Assembly: GCA_051650125.1 (NCBI GenBank)
Contig: JBOFIK010000013.1
Span: forward strand, 90,530 to 122,529
DNA: 32,000 bases
Direction: 5' to 3'
Source: Sarcina sp.
Lineage (GTDB): Bacteria > Bacillota > Clostridia > Clostridiales > Clostridiaceae
The first letter of the stretch is position 1; every line of letters starts with the position of its first letter. Made by a program: the position numbers and the translations under genes. Positions 7,471-15,499 of the stretch are shown here, piece by piece. Under the pieces are notes generated by a model, which saw only the letters and a program-made list of their open reading frames with translations, had not been told where the DNA came from and made no database searches.

Positions 7471-8478
7471 ATGGAAGATAAGAAAAAGGTTATATTTAGT
7501 GGAATTAAACCTTCTGGAGATTTAACACTTGGAAATTACTTAGGAGCTATCAAGTCATGGGTAAAACTTCAAGATGATTATGAGTGCTATTATTGTGTAG
7601 TAGATTTACATGCTATAACAGTTAAGCAAACACCAGCAGAACTTAGAAAAAGAACTTTAGAGATATTAGCTATTTACATAGCATCAGGAATAGATGTAGA
7701 GAACAACACATTGTTCATACAATCACATGTGCCAGCACATGCTGAATTATCATGGCTTTTAACATGTAACTCATATATGGGTGAACTTAGCAGAATGACT
7801 CAGTATAAAGATAAGTCACAAAAAGCAGTTGATTCAGGTGAGTCAATAAGTGCAGGATTATTCAATTATCCAGTTCTTATGGCAGCAGATATACTTGCAT
7901 ACCAAACAGATCTAGTTCCAGTAGGAATAGATCAAAGACAACATCTTGAACTTGCTAGAGATATAGCAACAAGATTTAATGGAGCTTATAGCCCAACATT
8001 CCAAATACCAGAAGGGTATACACCAAAAGCTGGAGCGAAAATAATGGACCTTCAAGACCCAACAAGAAAGATGTCTAAGTCAGAAGATAATCCAAATGCT
8101 TCAATTCTATTAATGGATGAACCAGCAGTTATAAGAAAGAAAATTTCAAGAGCTGTTACAGACAGTGTAGGGGTTGTAAACTATACGGATGAACAACCAG
8201 GAGTTAAAAACCTTATTAACATAGTTTCAACAATAGAAGGGGTTAGCCCAGAAGAAATTGTTGCAAGATATGAAGGTAAAGGTTATGCTGATTTCAAAAA
8301 AGATGTAGCTGAAATAATAGTAGGTGAACTTGAGCCAGTACAAAAAAGAGTTAAAGATCTTCTTTCAAATAAAAAGGAACTTGAAACTATATACAAAGCA
8401 GGTGCGGAAAAAGCTAACTATATAGCAACAAAAACTTTAAGAAAAGTTCAAAAGAAAATTGGTTTAATACCAAGATAG
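7471..8478 (+). CDS. trpS: Tryptophan--tRNA ligase
   Basis: GIKPSGDLTLGNYLGA (HIGH-region variant of TrpRS), a KMSKS motif (RKMSKSE), VPVGIDQRQHLEL, and a length of 335 aa. Confidence 0.93.
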   Translation: MEDKKKVIFSGIKPSGDLTLGNYLGAIKSWVKLQDDYECYYCVVDLHAITVKQTPAELRKRTLEILAIYIASGIDVENNTLFIQSHVPAHAELSWLLTCNSYMGELSRMTQYKDKSQKAVDSGESISAGLFNYPVLMAADILAYQTDLVPVGIDQRQHLELARDIATRFNGAYSPTFQIPEGYTPKAGAKIMDLQDPTRKMSKSEDNPNASILLMDEPAVIRKKISRAVTDSVGVVNYTDEQPGVKNLINIVSTIEGVSPEEIVARYEGKGYADFKKDVAEIIVGELEPVQKRVKDLLSNKKELETIYKAGAEKANYIATKTLRKVQKKIGLIPR

Positions 8479-8484
8479 TTTATT

Positions 8485-8520
8485 AAAATACAGTGAAGTT
8501 AAATTTACTGTATTTTTTTA
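8485..8520 (+). terminator. Rho-independent terminator of trpS
   Basis: Stem AATACAGT / ACTGTATT followed by a T-run of 7. Confidence 0.8.
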
Positions 8521-8534
8521 TTATAATTTTATGA

Positions 8535-8582
8535 AAAGGTAATCAAAAAGTAACAATTAAAGTAACAAATAAAGGTAAAATC
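8535..8582 (+). repeat. Four tandem degenerate ~12-bp direct repeats (AAAGGTAA / AAAGTAAC type)
   Basis: The GTAA cores sit at 8539, 8550, 8562 and 8575 (spacing 11-13 bp), directly upstream of the small gene at 8614. Confidence 0.5.
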
Positions 8583-8613
8583 TAAATATAATCTAATAGT
8601 GAAGAGGAATAAT

Positions 8614-8811
8614 ATGAAGAGGGATAATATGAAAACAAGAGTTATAGGTTGGATTTTAGTTGCCGTTGTTGGGACAGTGAGTCTAGGAATTTATTTAATA
8701 CATAAAAGAGAAGCACACGATAAGAAACAGATTATTATTAGCGAGGCAAATGCAGTTAATAATAACAATAGTTCTGGTGTTGATATAACAGTACAAAAGA
8801 ACGATAATTAG
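8614..8811 (+). CDS. Small hypothetical membrane protein
   Basis: One TM helix, VIGWILVAVVGTVSLGIYLI. A 15-bp tandem duplication (8601-8615 / 8616-8630) creates two equivalent RBS+ATG contexts, so ATG 8614 and ATG 8629 are both possible. The ORF track uses GTG 8599. Confidence 0.45.
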   Translation: MKRDNMKTRVIGWILVAVVGTVSLGIYLIHKREAHDKKQIIISEANAVNNNNSSGVDITVQKNDN

Positions 8812-8922
8812 TTAGTGAAAAAAGATAGAAAAATAAAGTTTAAAAATGATTTTTAGTTTATTAAGGAGTAGTTTAAAAATTATGTTTATAATTCTCTTAA
8901 TGTGAGTTTTAGGGGGATTATA

Positions 8923-9492
8923 ATGGGGGTAATTTACAAGTTAGGTAGAAATAAATATGCAGAAATTACAAATGGTAAAAAGATACAAAATGATGTGGTT
9001 AATGATATAGAAGTTGTATTTTATCATGATAAACTAATTGTTAAGGAATTAGACATTGTTTTTGAGTTAGATAGAGAAGATATAATTGAGATTATTGAAG
9101 AAGAAAATGTTAGAATAAAGACTATATTAGGATATGAAATTGTGATTTTAAAAGGGATAGTTGAAAATGAAATATCTATGATAGATTATTTAAAACTCCA
9201 TTTGAACAAAGATAAAATATTAAATAAAGATTCAATAAGAGTAGATACGTTAAATGGAGTTTCGACTATAAAGATGAACAGTTCAACTATAACATTTCAG
9301 TTAAAGAAAATAGAAGAACTTTTAGAAGATAAAGAAAACTTATATTTTAGAAATAAGAGTATTTTATTTGAAAAGATTGTTTTACCAAAGTCAATTTTTG
9401 ATTCAGAAACTGATAAGGAAAAATTTTTGAATAGTTTAAAGTTAAAGCAGATTAAAGTATTAAGGATGATGAAGAAATTATTTTTAAAATAA
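8923..9492 (+). CDS. Hypothetical cytoplasmic protein (189 aa)
   Basis: Long ORF with RBS AGGGGGA at 8911-8917 and ATG at 8923. I recognise no motif. Confidence 0.6.
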   Translation: MGVIYKLGRNKYAEITNGKKIQNDVVNDIEVVFYHDKLIVKELDIVFELDREDIIEIIEEENVRIKTILGYEIVILKGIVENEISMIDYLKLHLNKDKILNKDSIRVDTLNGVSTIKMNSSTITFQLKKIEELLEDKENLYFRNKSILFEKIVLPKSIFDSETDKEKFLNSLKLKQIKVLRMMKKLFLK

Positions 9493-9633
9493 GATAGAAT
9501 ATAATGCTTAAGAACGGGTATGGCAGAGTTACTGAATTTAGCTTTGTTAATGCTCTTTTTTTTATTTAAAGAGTAAAATGGGTTTTAATGTTAAGCGTGG
9601 ATTAAGATTCTATTAAGTTTAGGACAAGCCTTA

Positions 9634-9662
9634 TTGAATGATAATAGCAAGGTTGTTATAAT
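9634..9662 (+). promoter_or_regulatory. SigmaA-type promoter TTGAAT-17-TATAAT
   Basis: -35 at 9634-9639 and -10 at 9657-9662, 70 nt upstream of the response-regulator start. Confidence 0.55.
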
Positions 9663-9732
9663 GAGTTTGTTAAAGTAATATTAAGATAGAAATAAAATGT
9701 TTTAAAATATATTAATTAGTGGGGAGTGCGTT

Positions 9733-10428
9733 ATGTTAGATAAGAGAATTCTAATAGTTGATGATGAAATGCATATAAGAGAGTTAATTAAATTCAACTT
9801 AGAAAAAAATGGTTTTAAAACGCTTCAGGCAGCAGATGGGGGAGAGGCAGTAGAACTTGCAAAAGAGAGACAAGTTGATCTTATAGTTCTTGATTTAATG
9901 CTTCCTGTTATGGATGGGTTTGAAGTCTGTAAAGAGATTAGAAAAGATAGTGTAATAGGAAATACACCAATTATTATGCTTACTGCAAAAGGTGAAGAAA
10001 TAGATAAAATAGTTGGGCTCGAAATCGGGGCAGATGACTACATGACAAAACCTTTTTCGGTTAGAGAATTGGTTGCGAGAGTAAAAGCACAACTTAGAAG
10101 AAGTTCAGGAGTGAAAACAGAAAGCAATCTTGTTAATTTTGGTGATGTTTCAGTTAATTTACAGACTAGAGAGGTTAGAAAAGAAGGCAATCTTGTTGAT
10201 TTAACTTTAAAAGAGTTTGAAATATTAAAAATACTTATTAAAAATAAGGGTTCAATAATTACAAGAGAAGTTTTACTTGATAAAATTTGGGGGTATGAGT
10301 ACATTGGTGAAACAAGAACAGTAGATGTACACATAAGACATCTAAGACAAAAAATAGAAAAAGATGACAAAAATCCAATGTTTATTCAAACTATAAGAGG
10401 TGTTGGGTATAAATTTATATGTGATTAG
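9733..10428 (+). CDS. OmpR/PhoB-family response regulator (PhoP-like)
   Basis: Receiver domain (ILIVDDE, acceptor Asp in LIVLDLMLP, TAKG, ADDYMTKPF) plus a winged-helix output domain (LTLKEFEILKIL..., RTVDVHIRHLRQKIE, IQTIRGVGYKF). Confidence 0.88.
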   Translation: MLDKRILIVDDEMHIRELIKFNLEKNGFKTLQAADGGEAVELAKERQVDLIVLDLMLPVMDGFEVCKEIRKDSVIGNTPIIMLTAKGEEIDKIVGLEIGADDYMTKPFSVRELVARVKAQLRRSSGVKTESNLVNFGDVSVNLQTREVRKEGNLVDLTLKEFEILKILIKNKGSIITREVLLDKIWGYEYIGETRTVDVHIRHLRQKIEKDDKNPMFIQTIRGVGYKFICD

Positions 10429-10442
10429 ACTTCAAGAAAAAT

Positions 10443-10471
10443 TTGACAATTAGATGCACTTATTATATTAT
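10443..10471 (+). promoter_or_regulatory. SigmaA-type promoter TTGACA-17-TATTAT for the TPP riboswitch/thiT unit
   Basis: -35 at 10443-10448 and -10 at 10466-10471. Confidence 0.6.
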
Positions 10472-10497
10472 GATAATGATAATTATTTAAAATTTAA

Positions 10498-10586
10498 TAT
10501 CTTGCTAGGGGTGCTAGTTTAGCTGAGAGATTCTTTTTAGAATTAACCCTTGAACCTGTTTGGTTAAGACCAACGTAGGAAAGCTA
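10498..10586 (+). promoter_or_regulatory. TPP (THI-box) riboswitch aptamer
   Basis: CTAGGGGTGC...GCTGAGA...ACCCTTGAACCTG...GGTTAAGACCAACGTAGGAAAG matches the conserved TPP aptamer core (GGGGUGC, CUGAGA, ACCCUUUGAACCUGAUCUGGxUAAUACCAGCGUAGGGAA). Confidence 0.88.
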
Positions 10587-10639
10587 TTTCTTTTTAAGTC
10601 ATTTTGAGGTGTGCTTCTTAATGCTTGATACGAATATAC

Positions 10640-10675
10640 AACAATATTTCTGCGAAGGAATATTGTTTTTTTTTG
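10640..10675 (+). terminator. Riboswitch expression-platform terminator
   Basis: Stem AACAATATTTC / GGAATATTGTT followed by a T-run of 9. An outer pairing TAATGCTT (10618-10625) / AAGCATTA (10680-10687) could form an alternative structure. Confidence 0.75.
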
Positions 10676-10727
10676 TATTAAGCATTATATGGTAGACAAT
10701 TAATAATAAAAGAGAGGGGATATTTTT

Positions 10728-11354
10728 ATGTCACAATACAATCAAGTTGCACAACATATAGGGATTGTCAACATACTAACTTACATTATAAGTATTGCTA
10801 TTATAATATTTATTGGAGTTGGATTTAGAAAGAAAAAACCAACTTTAAAGCAGATGATAATAATTGCAATATTTGCAGCTATGGCATTTGTACTATCATT
10901 TATTAAGTTTATTTCTTACCCACAGGGTGGAGGGATAAATCTTTTACCATTCCTACCAATTATGCTTGTTGGAGTATTCTATGGAATTACAGAGGGAATG
11001 ACTTGTGGACTTATATATGGACTTTTATTACTTATGACAGGAGGACATATAGTTGGTATTGCAGAAGCGCTTATGGACTACATGTTAGCAAGTGTAACAC
11101 TTGGGCTAGCTGGTATGTTTGGTAATGAAAATAAATTAAAGATACTATCTGGATGTATAGTAGCAGTGATTTTAAGTGTATTAGCAAATATAATATCAGG
11201 TGTATATTTCTATGGAATGTACGCTCCGCCAGGAATGAATCTTTGGTGGTATTCAATAGTTTATAATATTACTTCATCAGGGGTTGTAGGACTTTTAAGT
11301 ATAATAGTTATAATGTTACTACCGATAAAAAGATTTAAAAAACACGTATACTAA
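10728..11354 (+). CDS. thiT: Thiamine transporter, ECF-type S component (ThiT-like)
   Basis: A ~200-aa protein with 6 TM helices, directly controlled by a TPP riboswitch. The length and topology fit ECF S components. The function is inferred mainly from the riboswitch. Confidence 0.65.
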   Translation: MSQYNQVAQHIGIVNILTYIISIAIIIFIGVGFRKKKPTLKQMIIIAIFAAMAFVLSFIKFISYPQGGGINLLPFLPIMLVGVFYGITEGMTCGLIYGLLLLMTGGHIVGIAEALMDYMLASVTLGLAGMFGNENKLKILSGCIVAVILSVLANIISGVYFYGMYAPPGMNLWWYSIVYNITSSGVVGLLSIIVIMLLPIKRFKKHVY

Positions 11355-11444
11355 AATATGAATACTAAGTTGATTTATGACTTTAAGGAAAAAAGACATT
11401 GAAGTTATAAATTAAAGATGATAGTATTTTTGAAAATAAAAAGG

Positions 11445-11480
11445 AAGCCAAGTTAGGTTATATTGCTAACTTGGCTTTTA
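11445..11480. terminator. Bidirectional terminator between the convergent thiT and lipoprotein genes
   Basis: 12-bp perfect stem AAGCCAAGTTAG / CTAACTTGGCTT, with an A-run on the left and a T-run on the right. Confidence 0.8.
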
Positions 11481-11488
11481 AATATTAA

Positions 11489-12079
11489 TTATTCCACTCC
11501 GGTAATTCCAAATTTAGAACCATCTTTCTCAAGAATAACAGTTACTTCTTCAGTTTCAGGAAATTTTTTGCTAGCTATTTCTTCTGTGCAAGTAGTTAAG
11601 TATTTATTTACTGCTTTAGTTTCATCAGTAGTTTCTTTAGCAATTTCTAATATAGTATCTGTCATACCCTCTAAATCAAAATAATGAACAGTTACATCAA
11701 AAGAAACTTTAGTTTCATCTTCCTCAGTAACAGTTTCACCTTCTGCAATAGTTATATTATTGCAGAAGGCATCTTTAAAGTTATTAACAAGAGTTTCATC
11801 ACATTTAAGATCAGTAGTTAAATCTTCTACCATATCATCAATAGTGTCATAAAAATCAACTCCATAGCCAAGTGCATCTTCTTTGTTGCTTATACTACTA
11901 TGAACATAATCCAACATTTCATTAGCATTTTCTTCTACTCTTAAATCTTTTTTAAAAGTAGCTGTTAAGAAATTAGTTGCTACTTCATTTGCCGATAATT
12001 TAGGTCCACCACAAGCGGTAAAAATTGATGTTGATAGGGTAACTATACCTACCATAACTAAAACTTTTAAATTTTTCAT
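11489..12079 (-). CDS. Lipoprotein of unknown function
   Basis: Signal peptide with lipobox (LSTSIFTAC/GG), an acidic mature part, and a GGGGAAAA RBS upstream. Confidence 0.75.
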   Translation of the reverse strand: MKNLKVLVMVGIVTLSTSIFTACGGPKLSANEVATNFLTATFKKDLRVEENANEMLDYVHSSISNKEDALGYGVDFYDTIDDMVEDLTTDLKCDETLVNNFKDAFCNNITIAEGETVTEEDETKVSFDVTVHYFDLEGMTDTILEIAKETTDETKAVNKYLTTCTEEIASKKFPETEEVTVILEKDGSKFGITGVE

Positions 12080-12234
12080 ATTTTCCCCTTTTATAAATAA
12101 AATATTTGTGAATTATAATGTCCCCCGATAAAATAAATTCACAATATAAATTATACCTTTTATGTAAAATAAAGTAAATAAAATGAGGAAAATATATATT
12201 TAAAGTAAATTGAAGTAGCTAGCTAAATTTAATC

Positions 12235-12273
12235 AATAAGTTAATGTTAAGACGTTCTTAACATTAACTTATT
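12235..12273. repeat. 39-bp perfect palindrome (18-bp arms, 3-nt centre)
   Basis: AATAAGTTAATGTTAAGA-cgt-TCTTAACATTAACTTATT, in the divergent lipoprotein/pstS intergenic region. Confidence 0.95.
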
Positions 12274-12379
12274 TTAAATTAACACAATGCTAATTTAAAG
12301 TTAAAGTTGAAGATTTATTATTAAAACATAGAGTTGATTGAAACAAAATGAAAGAAAATTTTGAGGGGGATATTATATT

Positions 12380-13327
12380 ATGAGAATGAAGAAAATAAAA
12401 AGTTTAGCAATAGTTATGTCATTAGTAGGTGTTACAGGAGTGTTTGCAGCATGTGGAGGCAAAGAAGAGTCAAAAGGAACAGAAGGTGCAAGTTTAGCAG
12501 GAGAGATAAAAATTGATGGGTCGTCAACAGTAGCACCAATTACAGAGGCAATGGCAGAGGAATTTAACGTAGAAAATAAAGATGTGAAAATTCCAGTTGG
12601 AGTTTCAGGAACTGGTGGAGGATTTAAAAGGTTTGTTGTGGGTGAAACAGACATACAAGATGCTTCAAGAAAAATAAAAGATTCAGAAGTAGAAAAGGCA
12701 AAAGAAAATAATGTAACATATACAGATTTAACAGTAGCATATGATGGAGTAACAGTAGCTGTAAGTAAAGAAAATGATTTTGTTGATACTCTAACAGTTG
12801 AAGAACTTAAAAAGCTTTGGGAACCAGAGAGTAAAATCAAAACATGGAATGATTTAAGAAAAGAATGGCCTAAAGATGAAATTAAATTATATACACCAGG
12901 GCCAGATTCGGGAACATTTGAATTTTTTACAGAAGAAATTACAGGTGAGGCAAAAGCAATGAGAACAGATGTTAACCCAAGTGAAGATGATAATGTACTT
13001 GTACAAGGTGTTGCAGGTGATAAGAATGCAATAGGATTCTTTGGATTCTCATATTACACAGAAAATAAAGATAAGCTTAAAGGTGTAAAAATAGATGCTG
13101 GAAAAGGTGGAATAGAACCAACATTTGATAATATTAAAGGTGGAGTATATGCACCATTATCAAGAGAGATATTTATATATGTTAATAATGAAAGTTTAAA
13201 AAGACCAGAAGTTGATAGCTTTGTAGAATATTATTTAAGTAATGCAGAGGCTATTGTACCAGAAGTGGGATACATTCCATTAATAGCAGAAGATTATGCA
13301 AAAGAGCTTGAAAAAGTACAAAAATAA
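12380..13327 (+). CDS. pstS: Phosphate ABC transporter substrate-binding lipoprotein PstS
   Basis: Lipobox VFAAC/GG. PstS-family motifs IDGSSTVAPITEAMAEEF and GVSGTGGGFKRF. Followed by pstCAB. Confidence 0.9.
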   Translation: MRMKKIKSLAIVMSLVGVTGVFAACGGKEESKGTEGASLAGEIKIDGSSTVAPITEAMAEEFNVENKDVKIPVGVSGTGGGFKRFVVGETDIQDASRKIKDSEVEKAKENNVTYTDLTVAYDGVTVAVSKENDFVDTLTVEELKKLWEPESKIKTWNDLRKEWPKDEIKLYTPGPDSGTFEFFTEEITGEAKAMRTDVNPSEDDNVLVQGVAGDKNAIGFFGFSYYTENKDKLKGVKIDAGKGGIEPTFDNIKGGVYAPLSREIFIYVNNESLKRPEVDSFVEYYLSNAEAIVPEVGYIPLIAEDYAKELEKVQK

Positions 13328-13375
13328 GATGTTATAAAATTTTGCTCCTAAATAAAATTTTATATAATAAATGAA

Positions 13376-13415
13376 AAAGACCAGTAAGGGGACAGTTATC
13401 CTTACTGGTCTTTTC
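13376..13415 (+). terminator. Hairpin/terminator directly after pstS (intra-operon attenuator or stabiliser)
   Basis: Stem AGACCAGTAAGG / CCTTACTGGTCT followed by TTTT. Confidence 0.7.
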
Positions 13416-13698
13416 TGTATAGATTTAAATAAAAATTTTATTGCGCATAAAGTACGCAAAAATTGCCACTGGCAATTCATGTTATTCTAAATCTCATGTT
13501 AACATAAGTCTAGAATAGTCCAGATAGGACAACAATAGTTTATCATACAGTTTAAAGCTTGTAAATATCAATGTTCATATTAATTGAGTTAAGAAAAAAG
13601 TTTTTTTATTTAACATAGACTTAATAATTAGGATTTGTAAGTTAACAAACTTCTTATAGAATTAACTTACAAAATAAAAGTAAGGAGTTTTGGCTAGT

Positions 13699-14571
13699 AT
13701 GAGAACGAAATTTGAGAAGTTTATTGAGACTGTGTTAAAAGTATTAGGACTAATAAGTATAGGGATAACAGCATTAATAATTATGACTTTACTAAAGGAA
13801 AGTATTGGGTTCTTTAAAGAGGTAAGTATGACTGAGTTCTTGACAGGGACAGAATGGTCACCACTTATGAAACCACAACATTTTGGAGTTTTGCCACTTA
13901 TAAATGGAACATTACTTATTGCAGTAGGGTCAAGTGTAATAGCAATTCCAATAGGTCTTGGAGCAGCAATATATTTAAGTGAATACGCATCAAGAAAAAC
14001 AAAAAATATAGTGAAACCAATATTAGAGATATTAGCAGGAATTCCATCAATCGTTTATGGATATTTTGCTCTTACAGTAGTAACACCGTTCTTAAAAATA
14101 TTTATAGCTGATATAGAAATATTTAACGTTTTAAGTGCAAGTATAGCGGTAGGAATAATGATAATTCCACTTATATCATCTTTAAGTGAAGATGCAATGA
14201 GCAGTGTACCAAGTATTGTGAAAAATGGGGCTTATGCAATGGGAGCAACTAAATTTGAAGTTATTAGAAAAATAATCATACCAGCATCATTATCAGGAAT
14301 TATATCATCATTTATTTTAGCTATATCAAGGGCAATAGGAGAAACTATGATTGTTGCAATTGCAGCAGGGGCAAAGCCACAGATGACACTTAATCCACTA
14401 GAATCTGTACAAACTATGACAGGTTATATGGTTTCAGTTGCTATGGGAGATGTTAGTTTTGGATCTATGGAATACAAAACGATATTTGCAGTAGGGGGAA
14501 TTTTATTCTTAATGACATTTGTTTTAAATGTTATAGCAAAAAGAGTAGTTAAGAAGGGGAGAATATATTAA
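13699..14571 (+). CDS. pstC: Phosphate ABC transporter permease PstC
   Basis: Multi-TM permease with an EAA-like loop (SLSEDAMSSVP...GAYAMGATKFEVIRKIIIP). ATG 13699 (AAGGAG RBS at 13682-13687) is preferred over TTG 13690. Confidence 0.9.
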   Translation: MRTKFEKFIETVLKVLGLISIGITALIIMTLLKESIGFFKEVSMTEFLTGTEWSPLMKPQHFGVLPLINGTLLIAVGSSVIAIPIGLGAAIYLSEYASRKTKNIVKPILEILAGIPSIVYGYFALTVVTPFLKIFIADIEIFNVLSASIAVGIMIIPLISSLSEDAMSSVPSIVKNGAYAMGATKFEVIRKIIIPASLSGIISSFILAISRAIGETMIVAIAAGAKPQMTLNPLESVQTMTGYMVSVAMGDVSFGSMEYKTIFAVGGILFLMTFVLNVIAKRVVKKGRIY

Positions 14572-15488
14572 TGGCAAAGATAAGTAACTTTAATGATATA
14601 AAAGAAGTAAGTTTATTTAGGAAATATTCAAAAGAGAATATAAAAAAAAGAAAAATTAAAAATAATATATTTAAGGCGTTATTTTGGAGTTGTACAGTAT
14701 TTGGAATAATAATGCTCTTAGTATTAATAGGTTCAATATTAGGTGATGGACTAAAATATTTAGATTTTGGGTTTTTAAAAAATTCAGCATCAAGAATAGC
14801 AGAAAAAGCAGGGATATTACCAGCGATAGTTGGAAGCTTTGCAGTTATATTTGTAACTATAATAGTGGCATTCCCACTAGGTATAGGTAGTGCAATATAC
14901 CTAGAAGAATACATGAAAAGAGGAAAACTAAAGGAGTTTATAGAACTTAATATAGCAAATCTTGCAGGTGTTCCAGCAATAGTTTATGGAATAGTTGGAC
15001 TAGCTTTCTTTGTTCAGTTTATGAATCTTGGAAGAGGAATACTCACAGCAGGGCTTACCATGGGACTTTTGATAATGCCAACAATAGTAATAACAACACA
15101 GGAAGCTTTAAAGCAAGTTCCTAATACTTTAAGAGAGGGGTCTTATGCATTAGGAGTTACCAAATGGAAAAGTGTCGTAGGGGTTATTTTACCATTTGCT
15201 ATGCCAGGGATACTCACAGGAACTATTCTTGGGATTTCAAGAGGGATAGGAGAATCATCACCACTTATAATGGTTGGAGCTGCTAGTTATGTAACATTTT
15301 TGCCTGAGGGATTATTCTCATCATATACAACATTACCACTTCAGATATATAACTGGACATCAAGACCACAACCTCAGTTTCAAGAACTTGCAGCATCAGG
15401 AATAATAGTGTTACTAATTATTTTACTTGGAATGAATACAGTGGCGATATTACTTAGAAATAAATATAAAAAAAATTCAGGATATTAG
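14571..15488 (+). CDS. pstA: Phosphate ABC transporter permease PstA
   Basis: The ATG overlaps the pstC stop (TAATG). Permease with an EAA-like loop (QEALKQVPNTLREGSYALGVTKWKSV). Confidence 0.9.
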   Translation: MAKISNFNDIKEVSLFRKYSKENIKKRKIKNNIFKALFWSCTVFGIIMLLVLIGSILGDGLKYLDFGFLKNSASRIAEKAGILPAIVGSFAVIFVTIIVAFPLGIGSAIYLEEYMKRGKLKEFIELNIANLAGVPAIVYGIVGLAFFVQFMNLGRGILTAGLTMGLLIMPTIVITTQEALKQVPNTLREGSYALGVTKWKSVVGVILPFAMPGILTGTILGISRGIGESSPLIMVGAASYVTFLPEGLFSSYTTLPLQIYNWTSRPQPQFQELAASGIIVLLIILLGMNTVAILLRNKYKKNSGY

Positions 15489-15499
15489 TGAGGTGTAAA

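Noticed and set aside
10038-10370. 110-aa minus-strand ORF antisense to the response regulator. Similar antisense ORFs occur at 739-1032, 2375-2605, 5402-5596, 6059-6316, 9895-10092, 11071-11256, 14549-14914, 16481-16813, 17699-17899, 18151-18531, 18472-18684, 18757-18945, 19288-19539, 21092-21301, 21521-21721, 22439-22768, 26116-26304, 30470-30733 and 31115-31456.
   Set aside because: All are nested in, or antisense to, genes with clear family motifs. None has a convincing RBS or a recognisable domain.
11463-11684. 73-aa plus-strand ORF overlapping the lipoprotein gene and the bidirectional terminator
   Set aside because: It starts inside a terminator hairpin, is antisense to a CDS that has a lipobox and RBS, and has no RBS of its own.
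12373-12840. 155-aa minus-strand ORF antisense to pstS
   Set aside because: Same reasoning. It overlaps the strongly supported pstS gene and has no RBS or recognisable motif.
13280-13480. 66-aa minus-strand ORF in the pstS-pstC spacer
   Set aside because: It runs straight through the pstS terminator hairpin and the 3' end of pstS. Its hydrophobic, F/Y/I-rich composition is that of AT-rich noise.
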